Shown here piece after piece: positions 10,444 through 23,722 of a stretch of 64,000 nt of DNA. The translations under genes and the position numbers were made by a program. The DNA is from Phoronis australis. Taxonomy: Eukaryota > Animalia > Phoronida. The stretch spans positions 1,210,031-1,274,030 of the forward strand of contig NMRA01000003.1 in NCBI GenBank assembly GCA_002633005.1, written 5' to 3'. Under the pieces are notes generated by a model. That model was given only the letters and a program-made list of their open reading frames with translations, was not told where the DNA came from and made no database searches. The number at the start of each line of letters is the position of its first letter. The first letter of the stretch is position 1.

Positions 10444-11587
10444 TTTTTTTATGCACCCACATATTTATAGGGGGGTACTTATTGCTGTCACCTCTGTCTG
10501 GGCGTCCGGCGTCTGCAGCTGTAGGATCTTGATGAGATTTGGCGTACGTGTTTCTATGAAGCTGATGACGGATGACGACGAATTTGGGACCTTTCCGAAT
10601 AGTGGTGTGTCCCCTAGTGGCAATTTTACTTTTTTACGTTTACTTCTGTACCTTTGGAGGTCCTCAATGGTTTTTCATAAAATTTGGCATATAGGCATTT
10701 ATTAGTGAGGTGACGCTATCCCCTGATTTGGGATTGATTCGAGGTATTTTACACCGCCCAGTGGCCATTTTTATTGTTTTCAAGTCTGTTTTTAGTCTAT
10801 TTTTTTACCTCTGTCCATCTGTCAACCAAACCACTCTTAGGATGATTGTGGAAATTGGCATGTATGTTCTTAATGTGAAGAGGATGGCTGACAACAATTT
10901 TCCGACGACCTTGACTACTGTGGCTCCTAGTGGCAGTTTATTTTATGCCCATGGCAGTATCTACTAAACCTTCTGTATGATCTTTATTAAATTTAGCAGG
11001 TGTATTTATATAAAGTTGACAACGAACATTGACGACTTTCAGGCGGATCTGGCAAACACTGTGCCCCCTGGTGGCAATTTCACTTTGATCCGTTTTCCTC
11101 TGTTTCTCTGAAACTGTTAATCGGATTTTTTGAAATATGTAAATAAGTTTCTATTGAAACGATGACATGTTCGTTTTCGGATGGATTCGACATATCTTGT
11201 GCCATCTAGTGGCCATTTTTTCTGTTTTTTAGTTTGTTTTGGCAACAACCCCTCAATAAGAAAAATTTGTATACATCTTCTTAGTGTGAAGAGGCCGGTT
11301 GATGATTTTCGGACGACTTCAACTACTGTCGCGCCTCCTAGTAGCAGTTATGTTTTTTGCGTCCATAGCCTCGTAGTGGCAATTTCATGTTTTTCCGTTT
11401 TCCTTGGTTTCTCAGAAGTTCCTTGATGGATTTGTACGAAATTAAGTAAATAGCTTTGATGACATATACCAGTTTTTGCATGGATTTGGCATATTTTGTA
11501 CCATCTGGTGGCTGTTTTTATGATACAAATAAACACCCTTAGAAGCACACCATCTGTGGCATTTCAACACTTTGCGTTGCTCTTGTT
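10444..11587 (+). mobile_element. Helentron-associated (HINE/DINE-1-like) non-autonomous element with internal ~130-170-bp degenerate tandem units
   Basis: T-run + atgcacccac..gggggtac 5' end, ctgtc/cgtc microsatellite-like tract, repeated aaatttggca..ccctagtggc units, 3' short hairpin caacac..gcgttg followed by ctcttgtt. Confidence 0.7.
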
Positions 11588-11822
11588 TCTATTTTAGTCG
11601 CAAGTCTCAAAATGAGTCCGAAGTACAGACCAGAAACAAATATTATGCTTCTTTGATTAGATGTCAGAGTTTCTTGATGTCAGTCTGAGGTCCAACAGTG
11701 TTTGATTGATTCATGTGGAAACAGTTTGTGTCTTTTCATTAACGCCCCTATAGTTGCACGTGGGGATCGTACCTGTCAGCCTTCTGCTACATCATTTCCT
11801 AACTATCCCTACTTTGTTTCAG

Positions 11823-11960
11823 TGGGGTGCTGAGCCAGCTGCTACTGTTATGGCTCCTGTCCAACAGTCATTCCAACCCACTCAGGAGCTGGACTGGTCA
11901 ACACCTGTGGGCCAATCTACTGATCACTGGGGTGGCACTTCCACTGAGAACTGGGCTTGA
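11823..11960 (+). CDS. RPSA: 40S ribosomal protein SA, last coding exon
   Basis: WGAEPAA..TQELDWSTPVGQSTDHWGGTSTENWA*, the metazoan TEDW-like acidic tail; AATAAA near 12028. Confidence 0.93.
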   Translation, partial: WGAEPAATVMAPVQQSFQPTQELDWSTPVGQSTDHWGGTSTENWA

Positions 11961-13367
11961 GTGACCACGGGGCTCTCTGTTGTCAGTAGTTTACACAATG
12001 TGATGTAGAAGACTGAAACTGGTGAAAAATAAAGTATTAAAAGTTTCAAATTTTAAGATTGTTTTGTTACTAAAAAGATTAAGTTCAGACTTAGTCTTGT
12101 AGGATGTTCCAGTATAGTGCAGCACATTGAGGTGTTGTTTCAAAATCGTGAGAATACCTGATTTTGGGGCTGCCAACTGACATCCTATTCTACGTACTTT
12201 TGTTTCCTAAAAAATAGCAATGCATGGGTTTTCAAATGTTATGGATTTTGAAAATTTAATTCTCTTAATTTATCACATGGAAGTTGAAAATATCTTAAAA
12301 GATATCCTTATTTCGAAGCGCCAGATCAGCAAAGATTGAGGCAGAAAGTAGTGTAATGTGCATACAATGCTTTTTGCTTTTGTGACTTCGATTGCAGTTG
12401 CTTTGTGAAGGACTGATCTATGAAAAATGCTTCCTTGGTGGTGCACTGTGAGATATCATCTACTTCGGAAATAGTGTTAAGATGTTAAGAGTGAAATTTT
12501 GGAGACGAATGTTCCTAGAAATGGATTATAGCGACTGTAGTGTTATTTCTCTATGAACCATTCCATCGCCAGATTTTCGTAACGTGCTCTACTGGTGCAT
12601 GAGCTAATCTTGCCAGCAGCCCTCCACAGTAACGGACTATCGGCAATTTAAAAGTGAAGGGAGATAACTACACAAGATAGCGTGTCGCAGAGAGTGAATG
12701 TTGAGACTTATTAACAAATGTCACCGTCATTGGTGAAAATTGGTCCGCATCTCTTGAAGTTTGCCCCGTTCAGGCCTGTGTTATAGCTAGTTGATAACAA
12801 ATGAATGATAGGTTTTAAAGAACTATGATTGAATAATTTAATATTATTGTGTTTTTTTCATGGAATTGGTGCCAAAAAAGCCCTGAAACGTCCATTTTTC
12901 TTTTGTCGATCACGAAAAAAGGCTATGTCGCGTGGGAAATATTAAAGTATATGACAAAACAGATGTACATGTACGGCAATTTGGTCGGTACTCATTTAAG
13001 AGGCATGCAAGGGAGCTACCGCTCAAACGTGTGTTTTTCACTACTTTCCGTATAGGGGTTGAAAGAGGAATAAATACTTCATAAACAAATAATGACAACT
13101 AGATAAGTAGCCTTGGACGACTTTCATTCACACCGAAAATTAAATCTATACTAAGAAAGTATCTTATCAATTAGATCAAATTTCTGGTAATGGCTGTAAA
13201 TACTCCATCCGCATCAGCAACTTTACAAGTTGGCAACACAATTGTCTTAATTATTGTCTACGGTGCCCTCGAAATTAATTAATCGACACGGATGTTTTAG
13301 GGTGGACATAATGACAAGGCCAGGCTTCGACACACGCATGCCAAACTTGCATTATAACGGAGAGTAA

Positions 13368-15260
13368 CTACTGTTTCCGACAAAGAAACCACCTTTTAAA
13401 GATAGAGCAGGTGGGTCTCCTTTCTGTCCTCAGGGCCTCGATGACGTGTTCCCAAGTAGCTTTCCCTGGTCCCTGAGACATCAGTTGGGACGCATCGTGG
13501 AAACTCTTGTTAGATTGCGTCTCACAGTTGATGAGACCCATGAGTTCGCTCACCTTAATTAAGTCGCCGTAATGGGTTGTACAAGGATTTTACTTCAACT
13601 ACGTTGCGTCTCGAAAATCAAACTGCGCCTTGTACAAACCATTAACTTTGATGCTGTCCGGATTCACGGCTCTCAACAACACGCCTGCTCTGTTGAAAGC
13701 ATTAATTTGTTCACATATCGTAATTAAGATGTCAAGCCAGTCTTGATCCCTCAGTGGAGTAAACACAGGCGTTTCCTTCTTGTAGTCGCTAAGAAGTTCG
13801 CGGATTGTCTTCCCGCTTCTCCTATTGTTTCCTGCAAAGTCAAATAAAATTCCCCACGAATAGTGAATTGCGTTTTCCTCCAACGGGAAAAACCCTCTAA
13901 GTTGAGGCCAGATTCCTTTCCCATTGACAAACTGGAACACTTCAACCTCTCTACTGACCTCATACAAAGATGACGATTCTTTGTAAAATACTTTGAGGGC
14001 GTAAAGCATCTGCTGTCGCTCAACCAGAAACATACAGCCATAATTTCCTCGATCAATGACGACAGGCTTTCCGTCACGATAAACGTAATTGTAACTCATG
14101 GGGTCGTGAACAACAGTCTCACCAACGTTAGTAGCAAAGTCTGGCAGATCGAGAAGCGGTGACGTGTTGAAAGTTTGCCTGGAAAAAGCAGGTTCATATC
14201 CAGACCAACTTCTATTGTTTCTACTACGTTTTTTCATAGAAAATACTGATTTCACTTTACTAATTGCTCTCTGAAAAACTGATAACTTTTGGACATCGCC
14301 TTCAGTTGTCTGTCTAAGTCATCTGCGTCCTCGCTCATACCAGGTACTGGCACAAATCGAGTTTCTGAAACTTCTTCCGAGAACATGTGTAGAGCACCGT
14401 CTGTAAACGAGCCCAGGTTCTTCACGGAGTTCGGATTGCTGTCATCTTCACATCCTTTGGAACCCCCAGAGCATGCAGGCGGTAATAACTCGTCACCCTT
14501 GGCTACACCCTCGTATTCGTGACATCCTGAACTATGGACGTGCGGCGGTGTGGTGACTCTATTTGGCTCTTGACTAACGTTCAAACAATGTACATGTACA
14601 CGGTTATTACGGAAAGATCGCTTTTGTTTTGTTGTTTTTTTGCCAGCAACAGAACATCCAGGTATAGGTGACTCGTTACTCTTGAACTCATGACCTTTGC
14701 TTCTCAACAGGATAATGTCTCCATGTGGTTCTCGGTTGTTACTCATGCATACTGTATTGTTTTGTAACATCCCTTTTTCGGCATCACCAAAGCAACCAGG
14801 AGGAGGTGAGTCGTTACTATTAGTCTGCACCTCGTAAAAATCCCCTATCAATTTTATTTCGTCCGGGTTGGTATTTCTTGACGACCACTCGCGCAATTTG
14901 TATTGCTGCCATGCATGGTTCTATTTTCTTTTTGTTTTTTGTCGTCACCAGGGAAACCACAGGAGGATATGTCGTCTCTCTTGGCCATCATGTCATCCTC
15001 GTGCGGGATGATGTCACTTTGTGGCTCTCCACTGACACTCAAGCAATATGCCCGGTTGTTACTCGAATTCTTGTTTTGTTTTGACCGTTTTTCGGCATCC
15101 TCAGAATATGCAATATGCAGACGGAGTTAATTCGTCTCTTGTGTATAGCAGCTGGTAATTGTCGTCTCTCGACTCGTACTCATCATCACCCGGGATGATT
15201 TCTCTAAGTGGCTCCTAAAAACCATTGGAGCATTGTGCACTGCTAGAATGCATTGTCCAT
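13368..15260 (-). pseudogene. Intronless protein-kinase-like pseudogene with a repetitive N-terminus
   Basis: IDRGNYGCMF..YALKVF..EVSREVEV..GILFDFAG..WLDILITICEQI..GVLLRAVNPDSI..DFRDA follows kinase subdomain order; ORF pieces 14854-15042, 14252-14896, 13599-14255 and 13368-13553 are separated by frameshifts or stops with no splice signals seen. Confidence 0.65.
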
Positions 15261-18200
15261 AATTCTTCAATTCTTTCTTTCGCTCGCTCCCTTGTTATGT
15301 ACAGTTTGAGTCTCTCGTTCGTTCTCTTCAGGATATTTTTTTTATTTGTAATCATCCCAACCGTGCACCTCCGCTAACCAAAACAGCAATCTTGTTCTGT
15401 CATGAACAATCGCGTGCATAATAATTTACGAATGAGTATTTGTTACGTCATTCTTTATGGTGTACTAACTACCGTGAGGTATTTTTACAGAAACATTGCA
15501 AGCGAGAGTAAAAGCTTTCCGCAGTAAATTTCAAGTGAAGAACAATTTTTATACATTAGAAAACAGTTCATATCCTATGACCGTTTAACGTATTGCGTTT
15601 GGGGAAAACGGTACAACATAATTACATGTAAAATTACAAAATACATCATGTTACCGTTTGTAAGCGAACGTGTTTTTTCAAGAACTTTGTAATATGATTG
15701 CTGAAACAGGAAAACGAACAACCATGGCATATTACCGTTCATATAAAGGCAAATTGAAAGTAAAATGTTATCTACACAATCACAGGCCGTCTGAATAGAT
15801 TTGCTTTCTCAATTGCTTGTTCATGCCGTTAATACTTCTGTTTGAAAAGATCAGTTTATTTTAGGACACCGTCATGGTCATTTTTTGAATGTCGGATTTT
15901 TAAAATTTAATTTCGGCCTGTTTAGATGATCAATAGACAAAATTTGAATTGGACGTTTTTGCTCATAAAATTGGTCTTGAAGTAATCCTGACTATAGTAT
16001 AATCCCTTTTTAAATTACCAACTGAAGTCACAGAGCGTACATGTGCCATGTTGAAATTCACAATTTCAGGGTTTGACAACCTCAATAATGTCGAAAGCGA
16101 ATTTTTGAGTCGCCGTGGGTTTCGTGTTGTAAAGAGAATGATAATCTAATCATGGTAAGGAATACTGTGAGACGGATTTTATGGGTGTCAAAAACCTAAT
16201 TCGATTTGAGGTTTTCAGCTAAACAAGGAGAAATGCATCTTTGAAAGAAAGAAATTCCAAATAAAGGTGTTGACCATGAATACGTCACAGCATAAACACT
16301 TGCTTTAGGCCGCGATTGTAAAATATAGTGCCAACTTCATGCTAGATATCAAAAGCCGCCCAAACAGGGCGTTAATCATATTTAAACCAATTGCATGTTT
16401 TAACATCCAGCGAAGCATCAAAGTTTCGGATGTTAATGTATCCAAAACATTGATTCCTGTCTGAATGCGGCAACACGTACACCACGTAGTCACTTTGTTC
16501 GTCGCTTTTCGGAAAACTATCCTTTAAACTCAGATTTTTTGTTGGGGGAAGGGGTTGCTCGGTAGTTCCCTACGTGCCTAGCCAGCGCGCAGGTATCACG
16601 CAGTGGCATGCGCTTTAGCACTGGTTGATGTAACCTCAGCAGTCATTGGTTAGCATTGGTTACAACAGCTTGAAAAAATGGCGGATTGTGAATAATTTTT
16701 AGTCTTGTCATGCAAGTAGCGTCCCAGCAACTATTTCGTTTCTGCAGTGATGTTTCATAGCCGTATGCTTGAAGCACATACATGTACAATAAAAACACAT
16801 CAGGCCGATTTAACCGGTGTGTTATTCATATTGCATGAATATAGGACAGTATCGCGTAAACAAAAGTCATCGACAGTAGAAGATGCACTCCGAAAAGGGG
16901 CAAACACAATTTCTAGGATGATTCACATTTCTTGAACATAAATTTTAAGCAGCGATTTGACTGTACGGCAGACCACATTTGCACTTGAGTCCATCAGTCA
17001 TTCCAGTTTGTTTGCCTAAAGCGCTGCCTGTTGAGAATTCGACTAGCCAATCAGAAACGCCCGTGTAAAAAATTTCCCAAGGAAAATTACAGTCTCGTCG
17101 GTTATCCAGCAACTTCGCCAGGATCCATCTCTCCTCTCCATGCCGCCGTCTGTCTCAGCGCTCCTGCCAGCTGCTCCGTCGGTCATCACTGAGCAGCCTT
17201 CTACACTGCTGCCTCTACCTTCAACCGTCCATTCGCCGACCAACGACCAGCCGTCGCCCATCAATCTTCCCCGGTCTCAGGGCGCCTTCTCCACGCTTCC
17301 ATCTTTTTATTGCCCATCTTTCCAGAGATTATTATTTTATCTTTATGTTATCTGTACACTCATATTTCTGTACCTTATCAGTCATAATAAATAACCTTAT
17401 ATCAGCTATACACGGTCTCCTTTTTATCTCTGGAAACGGAGCTTGCGACGCACCTATTATTTTCGGGACATACTTCGAACATAAATTAAGTGATACCGCG
17501 TGCTGGCTACTGACCACCTAGCGGCACGCAGGGAACCAGCGAGCGGTTTTGTAAGCGTGAAAACAACATTGCCGTAAACTGAGGTCAGGTTTGGCGAGTT
17601 ATTACATCCGAAAATTTCAAATATCAGTCGATCCATTCTTGTTGTTTTATTTACCGATTTATATTCTTCATAAAATGTAACAGTTGTAACATCTGTTACA
17701 TTTTACGTCACTGTTGCAATTTATGTCGGATGCACACACCATTGTTACATTTTACGAAAGCGACGTCATATTTCATGAGTTTGCATGGTATTTGTCACAC
17801 AGAGGAAAAATGTTCACACATTTAACGGCGTCTTTCTCGGGTTTGAAGAAAATTCTGTCAAAAGTGCCAGCTCGAATTTATAGATTTGTCCCAAATGTGC
17901 ATTCCATTGTGTTTTTAACATGGATAGTTTCTTGGTATAGTTAAAAATGAACCCCATACAGTTTCAACATTACTCTAGATGAAGGGAGTTTCCAGGATCA
18001 GGTAACAAGTTTGTTATTGTTAAAGCGATCGTGCAATTGTCTGTTGGAGCTCACAGGCCCATAAACTATTTGTGTGTCCGGCATTGATTAAACGCACTTC
18101 CATCGGTGGTAAGCACAACAGAAACAGTGACATCGTATTTTGTCTTATATTTACCGTCTTTCTTCGGGAAAAACGACCACAACATTTTTTACGGAGAATT

Positions 18201-18679
18201 CAATTGCCTTGAAGTCATCGCTAATGCTGTAATTGCTCTGCTCCACGCAAAAGGAGCGAGATCAAAGTTTCTGGTACCGTCGGGTTCTGTCTACTACATT
18301 AGTCGTAAAAATCTATCTTACCGCTGTACGGGCCTCTTATGAAGCACATAATTCGCGCGCACACACTCACGCACACGCACATCGGGAAACGACGAAATAC
18401 ACCAGAGAACTAAATATACCACCAGGGTCCACCTGTCCAAGAATTTCCTGTGGTTACAATATTCATTTCTGTACACCATGATGTCCCAAAATTTTTTGGT
18501 CAATCGGTACACTTGAAGGTCATTCGGTAGACTTTGAAAGTGTGTTTTAATGTTTGAAACGTACATTCAAACTCCTCAGAAACTGAATTTACCAACATTT
18601 TTGCTGTCACGTCATGAAAATTTGAGGCCTTAAAATCATGGTTCACTTTGAAGACATTATTGTTGAAATTAGAAACGGA

Positions 18680-18962
18680 TTTGTGTATCACAGGCAACGC
18701 AAAAATATTTCTTGTGATCTACAAACCCAATGATAATGTGATGCGGCACCCTGATGAAACTAGTCTTCCTAATCAAAACTGATAGCGAAATTATTAAGCA
18801 ACTGATTTAGTTGCAACATTCGTTGCTTTGCGTATCACAGGTAACACAGAAATATTTCTTGTGATCTACAAACCCAATTATTATGGGATGCGGCTTCCTG
18901 ACGAAACTAGTACTCCTAATCAAAACTGATAGCGAAATTCTTAACCAACTGATCTAGTTACT
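18680..18962. repeat. Tandem dimer with ~147-bp period
   Basis: Two copies of tttg.gtatcacagg.aac.c..aaatatttcttgtgatctacaaaccc..ctga.gaaactagt..cctaatcaaaactgatagcgaaatt. Confidence 0.85.
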
Positions 18963-19317
18963 TGCTTTAGATGATATTTTGATTAAGATTTAATACCGGG
19001 CACCTTTTCACTTTTCAGTAATTTGATGCCTGTGGTTCACGATTCTGAACGCAAACTGTAGTTCATGCATCTTGCAGTTGGGTTGGTTCAGGTCACAAAA
19101 TTCAAAAAAGGTCGCAACTAAGTACATGTAGTACAGATGCGTACAAAGTTTAGACAAAATAATAAAGGAATTCTCAATGCTTGTTTGTGGATTGTTTCCA
19201 CAGGATGGCTCATTCCTTTCAGACGCTTCAGTGTCGAGGTGACCTGTTGCATTCAGCGTCGATTTGATTTTATTTAATTTTGGTGTCGCACAGTGAACGA
19301 ACTTCAACAATAATGGC

Positions 19318-19560
19318 ATGGGCTTCGGAAAGGACAAAAAATAGTTAATAGAAAAAAATCAAACTAATTCGTAAAATTCAATTCTGTTTGGAAAATTAAT
19401 CCTAATTTGTAAAAATCAATCGTGTTTGGAAAATCAAACCTAACTCGTAAAAATCAATCTAGTCGGTGGAAACGGGAACTAGTTAAGTGCGCGGAAAGGG
19501 TGAAATTACGCATAAGGTTTGATTTTTCTATTAACTATTTTTTGCCTTTTACGCGGCCCA
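19318..19560. mobile_element. Foldback MITE with ~50-bp TIRs and internal short tandem repeats
   Basis: atgggc..aaagg.caaaaaatagttaatagaaaaa..atcaaac is inverted at 19517-19560; three internal aaatcaaac.taa.tcgtaaaa.tcaat units. Confidence 0.75.
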
Positions 19561-19947
19561 TATACTTCATTCGTGAATAGACACTAATTAACAGGTGTTA
19601 ACACGGGAAGGTAAGTTGTCATTGTCTCGGGTAGGGTTTTTCATCATGTTGTATTGCCTCGTGTTGGTAATTTGTCGTCTGCCAAGGTATTGCGTTAATT
19701 GGTTTGGATTTTGACGAGGCAACCATCAGAACTTGAGTAACCATGTTTCAACAAAATTTCATGGAGAATGAGAATATCCCAAAGGACCAGTGCAGGCGGA
19801 TGGCTGGGAGCTAGGCTGTCTGCTTCAAGTGAACTATGGCTGTGAGCTGACAGCTCACGCCAACTGAAGTTGTATAAGTAGAATGAATTAGGTTAACCGC
19901 TGGGCAGCTCAGCCAGAGCCAGGCAGCTCAGGTCGCCGGTACGTCAG

Positions 19948-21739
19948 CAGTGGCGGATCTAGGATATCACAAGGGGGGGGGGCAACATTTCGTCTGTAAA
20001 CATTTGCGCACAGCACGATTGTAGATGCGCATAGCACCAAATAGGGGGAGGTCAGGAGGGGGGTTTGCCCCCTTCTCACCCAGGAAAATTTTTGTTTTTC
20101 CTCTAAAAATCTAGCATTTTCCTTGCTTCCTGAAGTATTATCCAAGAAAAAAGGCAAAGAAAAAAATAACGTGTCAAACTTGAAAAACTGCAACTACCAC
20201 AGACTCGAACTGGCGGATAGAGCAAGCGTGCTTTACCACTGCACCACCACGAATTCACTCGTGATTTGATACTAAGAGACTAACTTGTTTACGGTCCACA
20301 GCGTTCGGGCACGAAACCTACTTCCTTTTGTAATAATTATTACACTTTTTATACTTTGTGCAATCAGTTCGTAACAAATTTGCTGTATTTAAAATAGCCC
20401 TCAATTGCCCAAAAGACCAAATCCGTTTTTTGTATTGGCATTAATGACGCGATTGCTTTGGAAATCGTCTTAAGTTAAGGTTTGACAAAGAAAGAATAAT
20501 GAGTTTCTGAGTGATTCACAAAGACTTCGATTAAAATTCACATCTTAACAGCAGCTTCTGTTTTTTCATCGTCACTCACAGTGGCGGATTTAGAGGGGGG
20601 CCAAGGGGGCCATGGCCCCCCTAAAATTCTCCCAGATTACATTTGGGAGTTTGGGGTGCGAATGTCTGACGGGAAAAATCCTGGCTAATACTCTGTCCTG
20701 TCCCCCCTAACTTAAAATCCTGGATCCGCCCCTGACTCAGATTCCATTTCTTTAAAAAATGAAATAATTTTCTTCATTGCACAGTGAAGCAGACGACGGA
20801 AACGGAGTCGTAGTGCGCAGCGCCACTGCCGGTCGCCTGGGATATCGCGGGAGAGCCTATATTTATAGCCACAGTTCCGTAACGATTGCGCCGTTTTCCG
20901 AATTTGACACTTCAAATTGGATCTGAGCCCCCCCCCTACACACTAAAACTACACACATTTAAATCTTGTTTCAGCCGTGTAATATTAATTACCGGGGTTA
21001 ATTAATAAACTCAACTTTTCCCTACGCTCTTGCTGTTTTATTTTTTTNTGCACCACCACGATTTAGCTCTTGCTTCGGTATTAAAAGACCTACTTGTTTA
21101 TGGTCCACAGCGTTTGCGAGCGAAACGTTTTTTGTAATGCTTATTACATGTTTTAAATTTTGTGCAATCAGTTCGTTACAAATTTGTTATATTTAACATA
21201 GTCTTCAATTGCCCAAAAGTCCAAATCCGTTTTTTGTGTAGGCAAATGACGCGATTGTTTGGAAATCGTCTTAACTTAATGTTTGACAAAGAGAGAATTA
21301 TGAGTTTCTGAGTAATTCACCAAGGCTTCGATTAAAATTGACATCTTACCAGCAGCTTCTGTTTTTTCATCAGCACAAAGGTTCCATTTTCTTTAAAAAA
21401 TGAAATACTTTTCTTCATTGCACAGTGCAGCAGACGACGGAAACCGAGTCGTAGTGCCCAGCGCCACTGCCGGTCGCCTGAGATATCGCGGGAGAGCCTA
21501 TACTGAGCCATAGTCCCGTTACGATTGCGCCAAGTTCCGAATTTGACACTTGAAATTGGATCTGAGACCCCCCCTCCGCCAAACACTAAAACTGCACACA
21601 TTTAAATCTTGTTTCAGCCGTACAATTTTAATTACCGGGGTTAATTAATAAACTCAACTTTTCCCTACGCTCTTGCTGTTTTATTTTTTTTGCGGCAGCC
21701 AAGGGGGGGGGGGGGNCCCCCCCCCTAAATCCGCCTATG
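19948..21739. mobile_element. hAT-like (short-TSD) non-autonomous element, containing an N-gap duplication and a nested MITE
   Basis: cagtggcggatctagg .. cctaaatccgcctatg termini; 6-bp direct repeat cgtcag on both flanks. Confidence 0.7.
20579..20734 (-). mobile_element. Small CAGTGGCGGAT-family MITE
   Basis: TIR cagtggcggatttag / ggatccgcccctg; 5-bp TSD actca; absent from the duplicate segment at 21049-21691; relative at 51413-51600 in the opposite orientation. Confidence 0.8.
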
Positions 21740-23137
21740 CGTCAGTGTCCGTTTTGATTGGTCCTAAGTTCTTATGGACCAATTTCGGGAGAAAGTTCAT
21801 TGATTCGAGTCATACTTTGAAGGTATATTTTGAAAGGGTGGGGTTCCAGTGTCCCTGGTACACTGCCTTTGGGTCCGTTTCGAAATCCCTTGTTAAAACC
21901 CGGGTAGTCTAGTTTCGTGAGGAAGGGGATAAATGATTCTGAACACTGGTGTCTCGAAAATGTATTCACACTTCAGTATAACAACGTGAGTAGTCAAATT
22001 CAGTTCTGTGAAAATGGGTAGGTGAGCCATCACGTGATCAGCATGTACGGGATTGACAAACACACGACTCAGTTTGGAAAATGGAAATTTATTGCGCAAT
22101 ATTACTGGAAACTAAAAAACATCAAGGATATGCAAAGATAATTAATCTTCCCCAAGTTAATGAAAAATGCGTTTAATTTGATTTAAAGACTAAATTCAGT
22201 TTTAATCTCCACTAATCTTCCTACGTCAATAAAAGATTCATTTATTGTCATTTGAATTGTACGTTTTTGGAACACCCTGTAGAACTGCTCGAATTTCATC
22301 AATATCTCTGAGAGTTATTTGAGACTCTAGAGTACTTTGTTACTTACATATCGGATGATATATCGAATTTCCAAACTTTAGTTTGCAAATCAGTTCACTT
22401 AATTATCTAACCGTCAAAAATCATCTATGAGTCAGCCGATTTTAGTAGATGCATAGAAATGTGAATCAGATAACCTACAAATTCGTTGTTTATCAAAATA
22501 GAATATTATAAGCAATCCCCGAAGGCACGCTCGCAGATTCCTGACGGGCAAACGGGGGAATATGGGAAACGGGACATCCCACGGGGTTTGGGGGTACCCC
22601 AAGATCTTTTTCGAATTTGTTTGGTGTTAACGTACATTTTGATCCATTTCAGAGGTAGCTATTATTCTGTTTATGAGTAAAATTTGAACTCAAAAAATCT
22701 TTGTATATGATGGCCAAAACAATTACAGTTCTTTGTAAATCCGTTAGACAAGTGTACTCTGTACACGGTCATCAAAAATCGTATCCCCGATAGTTATGTT
22801 CGACATGTGCGAAATCTACAACTGCTGGTAACGATCTTCAAATTCTTATGATACTATGGGAAAAGGTATCGACATGTTATCGTTATAAAACCATAGGCAA
22901 CATTCCTTCTGTATAATCCCCATCCATTCGATGGCGGTCTATCCTATTGTATTTTAATACAAGCACTTCTGGTTGTTTAGGTCGAATGTCTTGATACTGC
23001 TAGACTTCACCTGACAGTATATTAACTTAAGTTCAAAATAAACTTCAAGTTAAAACTATACCTTTCGTTTATTTTTGCAAAAAGGAACAACAATACAAGT
23101 ATCTAGACTACCACGACTCATTTTTGTGGGCCCGGTG

Positions 23138-23264
23138 TTATTCGAAATCGTCTGAATAACTCCACCTCTCTTCATCATCCGAATGTAGCGCTTCTGTAAG
23201 CAGGTTTGTGTTTCTCTCTTTCTTCCTCTTGGCCTTTTCGTTTACACCTTTTTCATTTTTCTTC
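23138..23264 (-). CDS. Terminal exon of an uncharacterised 256-aa protein
   Basis: Acceptor ctttgcag| at 23265; phase-2 join to the 25225 donor gives (R)KKNEKGVNEKAKRKKERNTNLLTEALHSDDEERWSYSDDFE*; AATAAA at 23073-23068. Confidence 0.6.
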
Positions 23265-23651
23265 CTGCAAAGCAACAATTACTTTGCATGAAACGTGTTA
23301 TGTATCACGCCACTTTTTAAAACTTCTGTATTTATAATTAGAAAAAACGGGATTATCTCTACCGCAATCTGAGAAGTCTTTATGTCCATTAAAATATTAG
23401 TTAAGTCCTCTGGAGAAACGAACGATTGGCGAAACTTCCATATGTAACTTGTCGATGGCATGCACAAGTGACCAGCGCCTGAATTGTAACGGACAAATTA
23501 CCAGAAAAATATATTCTGAAAACAAGACGTCGTGGTAACCAAAACCGCGCCATCGTTAACATTAACCGTAAAATAAGCAGAGGCATTACCAAGACGGTAA
23601 TTTGAGATTGTTATCGCCCAGTTGGCGGTTTTAGGTACTCATCTGGTACTG

Positions 23652-23722
23652 CATGGGCGCGCAGCACTGAAACAAAGTGGTGGGGCTATAGCTCCCCAGC
23701 CCCCTATAGTGCGCCGCCCATG
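23652..23722. mobile_element. ~70-bp mini-MITE (CATGGGCG family)
   Basis: catgggcg..cgcccatg termini; same family as the dimer at 55369-55515. Confidence 0.7.

Noticed and set aside
19357-19465. CRISPR-like repeat array
   Set aside because: Eukaryotic context; the units are contiguous with no unique spacers and lie inside a foldback MITE.
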